DNA of 64,000 nt from Balanoglossus misakiensis. Lineage: Eukaryota; Animalia; Hemichordata. Where the stretch lies: positions 15,670,998 through 15,734,997 of the forward strand of contig CM082578.2 in NCBI GenBank assembly GCA_040954595.2, in the 5' to 3' direction. The position numbers and the translations under genes were made by a program. Below the pieces are notes generated by a model, which saw only the letters and a program-made list of their open reading frames with translations, was not told the origin of the DNA and did no database searches. This document shows positions 1 through 12,732 of this stretch, in pieces. Position 1 is the first letter of the stretch; each line of letters begins with the position of its first letter.

Positions 1-195
1 AACTTGCAGTACCGTACATCAAATTTACTTCATGTCTCTCTCCATTTGAAACCATTGGCATAAAATCACTGTACATAAGGATGCCAGTATTGACTATTAG
101 TCAGCCATAATGAAATCAACCGAATTATGCTTGTACTAGTAATCAAACAGGTTTTATATGAACCTAGACACATGAAATATGAACACTTTTCTCAC

Positions 196-3100
196 CTTGG
201 TACCATCATTACCAAACAATACCAGACCATCTTTGTGAACTATTCCTGGTTTGCTCATTCCGGGAATTTCTAGTGATGTACCTGTTGGTTCCGGGCCATC
301 CAGAATCGATGAGCCATAAAATGTCACTTGCTGAAATTAAAGGAAATATGTACAGTTCACATAATAGTCATTTCATTCTCAGTATCAGGAATGAAATTAT
401 TCCACATGGGGTTGCAGACAGTGTTAGGGAGTATACATTTCGCTATCCCTTACTATGTTATAGCTAAATTCTGTTCTATACAATGTCATTTTGGAAAGTC
501 TGTCATCTGTTCAAGCTCACCTCGCCATCGATTCTAGTCCAAGCACCAGGCTGTTTGTCATTTCCACGGATAAAATTATGAAGAACTTCTCCAGGCTGAC
601 TCCAGTTTATCTGACATTGACAAGAAGTACACATTTTAAGAAACAGTGGTTTTTGTTTTGGTCTTGAGACGATTCATCCTGCCTTGTTAAAGGCACGAAC
701 TCCTGGTCTGCAATTGCATTGGGAAAAACACTGGCATAGATGTGACATCATTCAACTTTATCCAGCATACCTCTGCCACTTGTTTCTTCTTCCATATTTT
801 ATCATAGGTTGCTCCTTCTTCCGGTTGTGAAATCCTGGGTGCTTTGCCTTCACTGATTAGATGAACAGCTTCTCCCTAAATATGCAACAGACAGATTTTA
901 TATTAAAACTACAATTACAATAATTAGCATTAATTATGCACGCTGCTCCCAAAACTGCTTGTAATTTCCAAAAGAGAATTTACATTTACCACATTTCGAT
1001 TTAAATTATAATTAGACATGGGCAGGCAGACACATGGATTGACGCACAATAGTACAACATTCCACCACTTGTACCGGTATGTGAAGAAAGGTTCTGCATT
1101 GTCATTTTACGAGTGACACTGACAGGCAAAACCTTATACATGTACTTCAAAGTTATAGTCTGCAAATCCTGTTATATGCTCACGACAATGTAATACACAC
1201 CATTCATGACATTGGCAACATCAGTGGAAAGCCATAAAATTGGAGCTTTCCCCAAAGGACTTTTATTTTAACACTAAGGTCACTGAATAATTTCAACATC
1301 AATCTTCTGTCAACATGAGGGGAACTTGCCATGAGTAAACACGGCAAATTAACCTTTGGGTGTAAAATGAGGTTCAAAGTATTCAAACCGTTAGCACATG
1401 AGAGTGAATAAGCGACTGATCTTGTGTTGGTTGTTGACCAGGCTAATAGATCATACGTGTACCACATAACAACTACCTCACTTCAAGACTGGCCATATGT
1501 TATTTGTTAAACACACAGTCCACTTGCAACCTGATTCGCAGTTTGACTTACCATTGCTTTGATGCCTTCTGGATATAAAAATCGGTTGTAAAGTGTGTCG
1601 ACTGTGTCATTGGGTTCAATATCACATTCTTTTTGGAGTAAAATAGGACCAGTGTCTAGACCATCATCTGCCCAGAATATCGAAAATCCTCCTTTCTTGT
1701 CTCCACACATCAACGTCCTTGGAGAATAAAAACAGATAATCATGCAGATTATATTAACTGACAACCCCCATGTAAAGATATTTTGATACATTGTATTACA
1801 ACAGTATTACTCTGGGGATATGGGGTTCATCTCAGAAAATTAACAGCAGTGGGTTTGCATCAAACTTTGAGTCATAAATATTTGAAAGCAAAAACACTGA
1901 AACACCACTTTCAATAAATACTGAAACTGATATTATCTGTGACATGACAAAGAATATGCACCCAAGTCTGTGCAATTACCAAATTGTGGTGTAGTAGCAA
2001 ACATATGGCACAGCTGCCATTGGTATGATATCATGACATATTCCGGAAAGAGCTACTCATTCTTTACATATCAGAATTATCCATCAATGTTTAACACACC
2101 ACCATCATATCTGGTGATAAAAATATCACAAAATTATTTCAATTATATCTCTGGGACCTCTTCACCTTAAATCGTTAATTTATTCATGAAATGTAGCTGT
2201 GTCATTTATTTTCTATTTGGATGATCAATAATTCATTGATGGTATTTAACTTTATTCGTTCACTTATACATTTATTCACTTATTAGTCAATAACATGGGT
2301 ACAAATGTCATGTTTTGTATTGGTTTGAATCCATCATATAAATTTCCGTCCACTTTTTAATAACTACAACAACCTGTCAAGTCCCACGCTTTTAATATGC
2401 CAAAACAAACTGCAGTGTCATTTAGAGGTAAATATAATATGGAAATGTTGACAAATTGTTCACGTCACTACAAATACAAACATCTGTAATGGATATCTTA
2501 GTGCAAGTATTTCAGCAGAAAATATGAAATAGGCATGCTATACATGTAGTATAAAACTGCTGCTATATAATTTATGTGTGGTATTGTAAAGTCTCTGGAT
2601 TAAAAATTGAACAGCTTTATATTGTATGAAGTATGTAGTTAAAAGGAATCTCAAGTTACAGTGACGGTGCAATTCTTTTCATTCTTAAGACAATATAAAT
2701 GTACATGCTTCTCGCTGATGTGATCTTCAAATTTAAGTGGAAACATTTCAAAATGCTCTGATGAAAACGTCCATTTCTGTACAACCAAGACATGAAAGTG
2801 AGTCTATTGGAGTCATCTTACATCAATCTAAGAGTGTCAGACAGCAAGCACTGAGGCTGAATCTGTAGTCTTTCTGGTCGAGCTTTTTATTTTACCCACT
2901 TACCAATTGATAGCAGAGGCACCCCGATGTCTAGGCAGCAGTGATGGATGGTAAATGATGGAGCCATTCTTTGGATGATCAATGACACTCATTGGGATGA
3001 ACTGACTGCAAAAGGGAAGGACATTGAGTTCTGCACCGCATTGCTTGTACTCCTCCACAACATCTTGAATTTCTTGTCCCTTGACTCGCCACCGTGGATA

Positions 3101-6100
3101 TTTGTAGACTTTGACGCCGTCATTCTGTGCAGCAACAGCTGTAAACAAAAACACAACAACATGTGACGTCAACTATAGTGATCAACTAATTCTAGAAAAG
3201 AATTCATTACACCACAGCACTTTCATCTACCAAATACAGAAAATTTCGAATCCCTGGGTGCATTTGATATTTTATTCACAGTTTGGTGTTTCTCTATTGT
3301 GTTGGCAACTAATATATCTGTTTTTACTGTGTAACTAATGATGGACAATATTATAGCAGACATTTTTGCAAATTGTTGAGACGATAATGTTATAATCATG
3401 TGAATGAAATATGTGTTATGATTATTGATATATCATTCAATTCTCAGACGTATATATGTAAATTTCAAGGACTTTTTTCAAAGATGCCATATTGGACAAG
3501 TACATTCAAAATTTGTCTGCGTCAATACATGATAAATGATGAATTATGCAAATAAAACATGTTGGAGATTGAATGATAGATTGCAAGAGATGGATTGCAT
3601 CTGAGCAAGAATGAGGTCTGTTCTGATCTTGTCACTGGCATGTGTAGGCAGGTGTTAATTTCAGTGACTACATGTACCAGACTAGTGACTATATCTTCTA
3701 CTGCACCAAACACATACACGTTGAAATGGGAATTACTTGTATATACTTGTTTGTGATGTGAAAACCAACAATTTTTTAATAGAAGAGAACAGAGTTCTTT
3801 CATATTTTGTCTTGGATAAGGAGCTCATACAAAGTCCATTCTTCATACAACTACCTGTATTGTATTGAATGTGACCTTAGATATTTTGAATGGACAAATA
3901 TGTCAAGTGTGATAAAAGTGATAAAACTATCAAAGTTTATCAAATCATAACGAGGACTATGCAATCCCAAGCATTCTCATGTTTGCTTTATTTCAGTTGT
4001 GTTAGTTGTAGATTACAGAAACTCTCTTGGCCTTGAAACTGGTGACTTGACATTTTTGACACATGCCACTCTTCCTAGCAAGCTTCTCCCACAATGCATC
4101 ACCCTGACCCAGAAGTCACAATATATGATTATGCACAAGAAAACAGGGCCAGCAGATTCTACTGATTGGAGTGTAAAATACACAATGCAATGATGGGGAG
4201 AGGGCCACAAGTAATTTACATATTTATTCAAAAACAACTCAGCCAATCAGTTTGTAGGTCAGGTACTGATCAACCTGACACTTATGAACAGCTGTAGGTC
4301 ACCATTTTGACCTTTCAGACTGATAAAACTGGGTCACTGGAAGAATGTTGCACTCATCAGGAATTGCATTTGTATCCATCAAAGAGACAAAAATGGAAAT
4401 ATAAAAAGGCAGATGATTACACTGTCTACTAAAACAACCTTCCAATTACACAATGTTATGATCAGTGTCACTGATGATAACATATCTGTGTTCAGCATGC
4501 AAATTATATAATATTTGAGAAATTTAATTAATTATTTTCTCTTACACTGTGACATGTCAGGTAGATGTACATCACAGAGGATGAACTAACAAAAGGTACA
4601 CAAACATTGTGTTTAACATAAAAGTACATTGTGTTATATAACACTTTAAAGGGCTATGATGCTAGTAGCTGTCTTTCATCATCACATTTGCCATTGCATG
4701 ATGCAATACTGTTCAAGTGTGTGCTATGTCACTGTGACAAGTCGAAGTTTTATAAGCTTGCTTTAGTGACCTTGGGATCCATCGCTATGCAAATATGAAC
4801 ACTGTCAATCATATTATCAAGTAAGTGTTAGAATAAATGTTAGGATATGGTTCAGTTTCACTTTAGCATGTAAAAGTGTTAAAGCAATCAAACAACAGTA
4901 CTTGTAGCAAGTTGGTGTTTTCTGTAACATTTCATAATCATATGTGATGGTTTTTAAGATGCTCTACAACACTGCGCATCACTGAGGTTATACCCAAAAT
5001 ACACTATTATGCAATCACGTGGATTTGTTGACCAGTGGTGACCAGGTGATGCGCAAAGGTTATCATATATTTAATGATTAAACGTGACTTTGCGGCTAAC
5101 ATGTAAACCTATGGCATTGCAATGACTAAGCAAATCCATGCAATACTATTATCACTAGAAAGTAAACACTGCAAAGAGCCAGCGTGGCAGCTTAGCAAAA
5201 CAATATCATGTGCTACATATTTTAAAGGGCACGCAAAGGTCAAAGAGATGCTGGGTACTGGTATATCCCCCAGTGATGACTATGCGGTTTGGATTAATGC
5301 ATTCGCCTGGTCAACACAAAACATTTCACATTTCAGTACTCTGCTTATAACCAACCTAATGGATCTGGTTTTCCTTGGACATCTGGAACTGTAAACACTC
5401 CAACCACTTCATGCCCATTTTTGCGAAGAAGACTGTAGACTTCCTGGCCGAACTGGCTCTGCCCGATCACAGCGATTTTCATTCTCGCCCACAAAGTCTG
5501 CGAATGACGTGGACAGGCACAAACAGGTTAGTATTATATTACACAATACGTTAAGTGCAACTCATGACTTAAATTGAATAGCCAACTGACAATACACTTA
5601 ACACTTACCACTGCAAAAATACTGACAGAGAACTTCACCTGTAAACAGCTGTGCACGACAAATATGTCAATTTGCCCTGCTCAACTTTCTAAATATGGTG
5701 GTGTGATCGGAGGTGTGTCTCATTTGCATGCAGATCATGAATATTAATCATACGGTCTTTGTATGGTGAGCGCTTGAGACCTGGTTCCACGTATTCATAT
5801 TTAAAGATGACCTGTGTCCTAACTCCAGGCACACAATAGGTCAGCAGGAGATTATGCAGATCACTGCTTCTCAGTCATTTAAATAACTGTTTATGGAGTA
5901 ACTGACTATAACTGTTCTCAGACAAATGTTATGTAACATACTAAACAAGTTTCAAAACAAACACGAAGGTGATCCAGAGCTAGCTGCCTTTAATAAATCC
6001 TGAAAAAACCTTCAACTGACACTACAATCTGATTAAAATCAGATGTAGGGAACGGTGACGTGGTTTTTTTATGCGACAGCATTAAAAAAAACACATCGCC

Positions 6101-9100
6101 GTTCCCTACATCTGATTTTAATCAGATTGCTGACACTACAACTAATCAATGAATTTCAGTGTGTACTATTTTGAGAATGGGCACCAACAAGAATCAGCTG
6201 ATCTTACTTGAAAGAGACCATTTGAGATTGTCTTTAATATATCCCGATTTACGGCCGAGTAGAACAAGAATCTATACATTGTAACTGCCACACACAGTCT
6301 TAGTTAATAAGCTTGTCAAAAGCTACAGATAGATGTTTAACAACCACTACTGCACATACTTGCATTTGAAAACAAAAATCAGCAGTGCTTTATAGTTAAT
6401 GCAGGCTTAGACTTGTTTCTCTTTGAATCTTGCTTTTAATAGCCACAGTCTTACAGAAGCATACCATCAATTTATTACTAGCACAAAAGACATATTTTAC
6501 GCTATTCATCTATTCATAAAAATCTGGAGAGAAATACATTGTGGTACTCTAGTCTGTTAAGTGTTGTGACTGTTGAAGTGATATCTGTAGACAATGAAAA
6601 ACTGCTATAATATTTGTCAATATAAAAAGCAATTCACACTAAAAACTTTATTTTATACTGAGTCTTAATATTCACTGAATTTAGACACAAGATAATAGCT
6701 TTGCCAATAATTGACCAGTGATGAATGTAAATGGTTGAGAATGCACTCAACCACCACTCACCATTTTCCACTCAGCATTGTTAACAGTTACAACTACAAT
6801 CATTATGATAAGACTAGGGAAAAAATCTCTACATGAAATTCAGTTCAAACAATTAACAAGCCGACCAATCAGCAGCGCTCTGGTAATTAGAAATTGATGG
6901 AATATAAAAACCTTTTCACCACAATTCCAGCAAAGTCGATTTGGACGTAAATTGATTTTAGACATTACACCTGAATAGAGACATCCGCACCTTTTTAACA
7001 GGAAACTGTAGCACAGTGATATGATGTGATTTGATTCAGCTATACCTGTCTCTGTACACCACACGACGCCACACCAAACTGACACTGTTTTTTCTCATCA
7101 GTCAAACAGGGCGCACTCATGCAGACTTTAATTTGATTTTCAAAGCTCTGTATAAGACGACATATTTTATTTAATCCAATTGGGTACCGATGAGACGGAA
7201 ATGATGAGTAAAATATCAAATGGGAGACAATTTTCAGCCTGAGACTTAAATTTCAAAATTGCAATGAAACATATGTAGCTTCTTAATAAATTCACATTTC
7301 GTTGAGCAGAGCTTTTCCAAAATTCACAAAATATACATTGAATTAAAATTAAAATAAAAACGATAAGGAAAGGAGAGTGTGATAAGCCAGAAAATGTGTG
7401 TGGATTTAATGAGAAAACTGACACATTAAAATATACAAATAAATTGACAGATTTGATCAATAATGTTGCCACCATTTCCTTAGCAAGCTATCATATTGAT
7501 AGTATACAGTATGACTGACACATTCTGAAACTTCAAAGCCAAATTTAGAAGAAGCTTTCAAATCAATAAGTCAGGGTTCAGTGCAAACAAAAGAAATCAA
7601 AGAAAGATCATTCCTTCCACATCAGCACTGGTTACCATGGAGATGCGATATCAGAAACCATCTTTTGTGTTAACTAACATGGGATAACTTTACTGAGTAA
7701 ATATCTGTTCGCTGGATTGTATGACAAGGTATATTCAGTTTCTGCACATTGCTGACTCATTTTACAGCAGTTAATGTTCCATCAAGTTTGAATATTGACT
7801 CTTATATTATCGCTGGCAAGAAACAGCGATGAACAGTGCCTTCAATTCTTCTTATACTATTGACACAACTGTATCATCAAAGCTCTCTATCAGTCAAGCA
7901 ATAAAACAGTCTTTCCCAGGAGTAATATACTTCCAATATAACTACTAGTAAGCCAAATAAAATACAATTAACTGTTATTAATGTTATCAATCACTTAATT
8001 GTTATAGCCCTACTTTTCTGATACATGTTCTGTATAAGATACTTATAGTCAAAGCATGATCAGCACTGTATTTATTGCAGCTTTCACTTCATTTACTGAC
8101 CTCACAGGTAACTGTACATATTTATGACACAAATCAGGATATGATTGTTTGTCATTCACACATAGTATTTTGTCAGGACATATTAATCTGTTTGCTATAT
8201 GAGTGTCAATCATTAGAAGTGCTCATTAATTAATTAAAACAACACTCTAGACCAATAAAACATTCAAGTCTTAGCCCACTGATTATTACAGCTTATTAAT
8301 ATTCATGAAATGTGCTTTTCAAAATTGCCATCAATATAAATATCAATACGGCTTACAATTCAAGATAGGAGAAAGGTTTGTAACTATTTCCAATCGGATG
8401 CTGTTGATTACATACATTTGCTGGAGGCGTTTTCTCTGCTTTAGAATTTCAACACACACAAGGTACTAAAATTGATAAATTGGCTAATTTGGGGTTGTTA
8501 GCTCAGAGCAAATATTTCAATGTGTTTATTTTGCTTAATGGCCCGGATAATTATGACATATTACATACAAGTCATTAAAGGGTATTGTTGAAAACTACCA
8601 TTCACAGTCACCTACTAAAACTATTTTTGACAGCAGCACTAAACATTCCATATACATAAGAGTACTTCTGAAACATGTTTAGTAATACCTCCACTACTGT
8701 TTTAAAGTACCTTAATTTGCATACAAGCGTGCACGTAACTCTGCATTCTCATAAAAAGTTTTTGACTTGAAAACAAATGACACTTGAGTTTAATGGGTTT
8801 GATCAGAAGGTGTGGGTACCAGGTGGTGGAAGACTTCTAAATTGCCAGGGCAATGGGTGAAGCCAGCCAGCCATGAGATGAATTACTAGAGCAGTATTTA
8901 GAACTGCTAGAGAGATTGAAATGACTCAAGCTGAATAACCGAATACTGAATACTGAACTTTAAAACCCTCTAAATTCACATACATGTACCATCTCAGCTG
9001 TTTAAAATTACAGACATTAATTGTCATATTTCAGTCCCTTTTTGAATTGAACGACACATACATGTATGTTGTTTTCTGTTCTGTATAAGAAAAGGACAAT

Positions 9101-11763
9101 GGTTGGCGTAAGACCAAGACGACCCTGTCACTCAGCTTACTTGACAGTACCTCAAGGACACAGATCATGTGATGTCCATACACAGCCATAGACACACCCA
9201 CTCCATACCCACAGCTATTGACCAATTATTGATAAACATGGAGCTACACCCACTACCTCCATACAATACACTGTCCTGGTCAAAACAATATAGGGCGCTA
9301 TCTGTACAATACATGTACGAAGTCATGCAATACTCGTAATATCTTAACTGTCATTTTAAGTCTTAAGCTGCCTGCATGTCAATCCAATGCACATGAAATG
9401 CATACATTTGCAACAAATATTAAAAAGCATTGCTTGCAGTTATAATTATTTGCATATTCTGATCTAAATCTGGTAACACAGAAGTTACAAACAAGTATTC
9501 ACAGTTTAACCATTGACAGCTTGACTAATTGCCACCAACTGTTTTCCTTCTTTGTGCATATTTTTACAGGTCATGCTCATCACTCAATTCCTTTGAGGTT
9601 GGCATGCCAAGGAGACAAAAATACCAGCATTTCATGGAACACAATTTACTATGAATAATTTTTAAATTCTTATACTTCACTAAACAAAAAGGAAAATGAC
9701 CCATGTTCAGTTTTGAACTAGAGTGTTAGACAATAATTAACAAAAAATCCAATTCAAGCAGATTTTGCTGCATCAGCAGTTCTAGATTGTATCTTATGGT
9801 GTTATACTGAACTCACAGAACCAACTAATTATATCAATCATAATCATAGATAGCATTTGGTTAACATCACAGAAAAATATGATATCGAAATGGAAACAAT
9901 ATCAAGAGCAAAGTTTGAATTTTTACTGATAAGTTTAAATTTCTTCTTTCGGTGTTGTGAATGTAGTTCCTGCAAGTTAATAAGGCTCGGTCACAAGCAT
10001 GTCTCTTTTCAATTTAATGGATATGTATATAAAGGTCTAGATGTTAGAGATTACTGGGCTTAGTTAGCTTTTCTGAGTAGGAGTGTATAACCACTGGAAT
10101 GGAACACATCTATATGCTAATTTTTAATGCAAAGAAGTAGATTCTTTCAGGCGTTGCCTTCAGATCAGCGCCAATCTATTGAAATAAAATCCAAATTGAA
10201 TCAGAATATCTCCGAGGCAGGAAGAAATCCAATTTCAGTTGTTCAGAACAAGACATTTTCATTTTATTTCATAATGTAAATTTCTAATTACTACAGCTCA
10301 TATTACCCACTTAAACATTATTTAACTTTTTTTGTAAATTAAGAGACAAAATGAAATTAACACACTGACTGTCAAAATGGTTTCACAATTCTTTCACAAT
10401 AAATTACTTGGAGATGTATATTTCAAGAGGATAGTAAGTGCCAGCAAAATGATGAGAAAGTTGCCTATAACATTGGACACCAGCTATATGTCAAGGTCAT
10501 ATGGGTTAGGTTTACAATAATTATAGTACATGTTCAAGAACAACCTATTATCCCTATTTCTCAGCAATTTTAAAAAGTTCTTTAAATTGATGCATTTGAT
10601 TACTATATCAGTGTAGGATGGATTTCATTTTTGTTAATTTCAAACACACTAACAACAGCTTTTCTCAGTTATTCTGAGTATTGCTTGAAATGACTTTCTA
10701 CATTGTACCATCAAGAGAAGGATCATAGACTTTAGTGACTATTACCATAAAATGGGTCCACATTTAGAGTGGTACACAAATAGAAATACTATATCAGCTG
10801 GGTACTGGTAGTGGTACATTATGGAGATCATCTTTCACTGGCAAACAAACATGAATGAAAGAGAAAGCATGATGCAATAGTTGTAGCCACAGTGGTACTT
10901 GCAGGGTGTGATCAATGCCACGTGTTTAAGGCTATACATAGTCAAAGCAGCGATTTTCAAGTGCAAATTCTGGGGTCGTGTGTCCTTTTGCATTCAGAAA
11001 TACTGGTACACACTGTTGTGGTTTTATTGTAACTGAGCACTTGGGAATGACACAAACTATATGATAACTATAATTTTCACTTGTCAACAAAGTGAAATTA
11101 TGCTTCCTGTAAAAACTGACAATATAAAGACTCTTTTGAATGCCCCCAAATATAATTTAATACAGTAAACCTCTTGAAAATATATGACAAAAGAAAAGGT
11201 TTTCTACTATACTGTATTGTGTGTACTGCATAAAATGTTGTTTTTCGGTTTAACAATTTTTTATGAATAATTTTTATGACCGTTGATTAATATTTTTTAG
11301 TAAATGATTAGACAGAGACGCCCATTTAAAGGTATGTTTGTTTGGACGAAACAAAGAAGTTGTTTTGATATTTCTGCTACCAATAGTTTCTTTTGGCAAT
11401 CAATCAAGTTTCCTGGAAATGTATATGAGGTTTACGTGCTAACAGTAACACAAGCTACAACATACTTGCGCATGCAATATTTCAACACAGAGGCGATTTA
11501 AAAGACAGCTTTCGACACATACGTGATATACTAATGCCTTTAAATGAGAAATGTCAGATTTCGTCAATCCATCGATTTGACACGAACATCATAATCGAAA
11601 TCGATGCAAGTTTACAGTCATAAAGTCAAGTTTAAACTTTCCATTCCAGCCAGCTGTTTCGCAAAGTGCAGAAAACTGGTCGTGAACGCTAGAGACAACG
11701 ATCGCGACGTGCACTTACCCTTTGAGTGGAAAACCTTCTCACGAAATTACTAGCTGAAAGCAT
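196..11763 (-). CDS. ALDH1L1: 10-formyltetrahydrofolate dehydrogenase (ALDH1L1/ALDH1L2 family), 5' partial; continues past the left window edge
   Basis: Exons (minus): 11719-11763, 5356-5497, 2904-3138, 1552-1717, 771-875, 521-610, 196-330, all GT-AG and in phase. Translation: [15 protein letters not shown]|[39 protein letters not shown]...[13 protein letters not shown]...[50 protein letters not shown]...[15 protein letters not shown]. This is the formyltransferase/hydrolase domain with catalytic His (HPSLLP) and Asp (GLDTG). Confidence 0.96.
6025..6129. mobile_element. 105-bp hairpin MITE with 9-bp target-site duplication (Mutator/foldback-like)
   Basis: Near-perfect inverted arms caatctgattaaaatcagatgtagggaacgg.../...ccgttccctacatctgattttaatcagattg, flanked by the direct repeat ctgacacta at 6016-6024 and 6130-6138. 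Confidence 0.85.
11719..11763 (-). CDS. ALDH1L2: ALDH1L first coding exon: mitochondrial targeting presequence [15 protein letters not shown]
   Basis: ATG at 11763-11761, exactly 15 codons, then a perfect GTAAGT donor (11718-11713). It splices in frame to the acceptor at 5497. The peptide is Arg/Ser-rich with no acidic residues, and RRFST resembles the human ALDH1L2 N-terminus (recalled as MLRRGSQALRRFSTGR). Confidence 0.85.
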
Positions 11764-12732
11764 TCCAATATGAAATGACAGAAAACTTCACCGGAATAAA
11801 GCCACGATCGAAACCGGCAAGTTGGTGGGATGTACACACGCAGTTGCCTATCGTTTGTCAACCGACTGTACTGTTTACGGTTCTGATCACAGAGCTGCAG
11901 CTGACCCAAGGTCGCTGTACAAGGTTTGGCTGTGCCATCTTCAAAACACTACCCCTATATGTATACGTTAATGTTATAGTAAATTTAGTTCTCACGTTTT
12001 TTCCATTGAAATTTACAGATAATATTCACCAAACTCTTTTAAAAGTTTTTAAATCCTACGTTATCTCTTGTTTGTACTCTTGAACCATAGCACGACCGCT
12101 CTATCCCTAATAAACTGAAGGTATACAGACAGTGTCCGGAATAGCCAAGATGGCGAACGCGTAAATAGTAAACACGCAGACGACAAATTCGATCAAATCA
12201 TTTATGCAAGGCCCACGCACAGTGAACGCCATGGCCGTGACGTGACTGTAGTCGAGTCGTCATTACCATGACAACCACTGCAACGCTCGGATTGATCTGG
12301 GCATTTTACTTTGCACATGGTGCTGGCCGTCTGTATCATTAGAAGGCGGTGGGAACCAATCGCAAATATTTTCATAGCGGTTGCAAGTGATGTTTACAGT
12401 GCAGTGGTATGTGTGTACAGACTTGGGCATTAGTTACCGGATAATGCTGCAAGGCTGCACACATCCACTTCTCGGCTTTTGGAAATTATAACACGATCAA
12501 CAAACCAGTTTTTTACTCTTTAATATTGCTCTACGACCGAATGAAATAAATATTCTCAAGAAAATATTGGGACAAGAAGTACCTATAGCTGCTGCAGCTA
12601 GCTACAACTCCTGCACTAGAATAGATCCGCCGTGCGTGACCTTAGCAATAAAAAGTTCATCAGCTGCAACAGAAAAGGCCGGCCGGCGTATCATTAATGT
12701 GATTACCTTGACTTGCCCGGCCCCGCCCACAT
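11764..12732. promoter_or_regulatory. Divergent (bidirectional) promoter region between ALDH1L and PM20D1
   Basis: Head-to-head start codons about 970 bp apart. The region is visibly CpG-richer than the introns. YY1-type motif ccaagatggcg at 12145-12155 and gccatctt near 11934. Confidence 0.6.

Noticed and set aside
8491-8512. ggggttgttagctcagagc resembles a tRNA 5' end / A box
   Set aside because: No B box, anticodon arm or acceptor-stem complement follows.
10925-11543. Possible Kolobok-like element bounded by ttaaggc...gcctttaa
   Set aside because: Terminal inverted similarity is too weak to support by eye.
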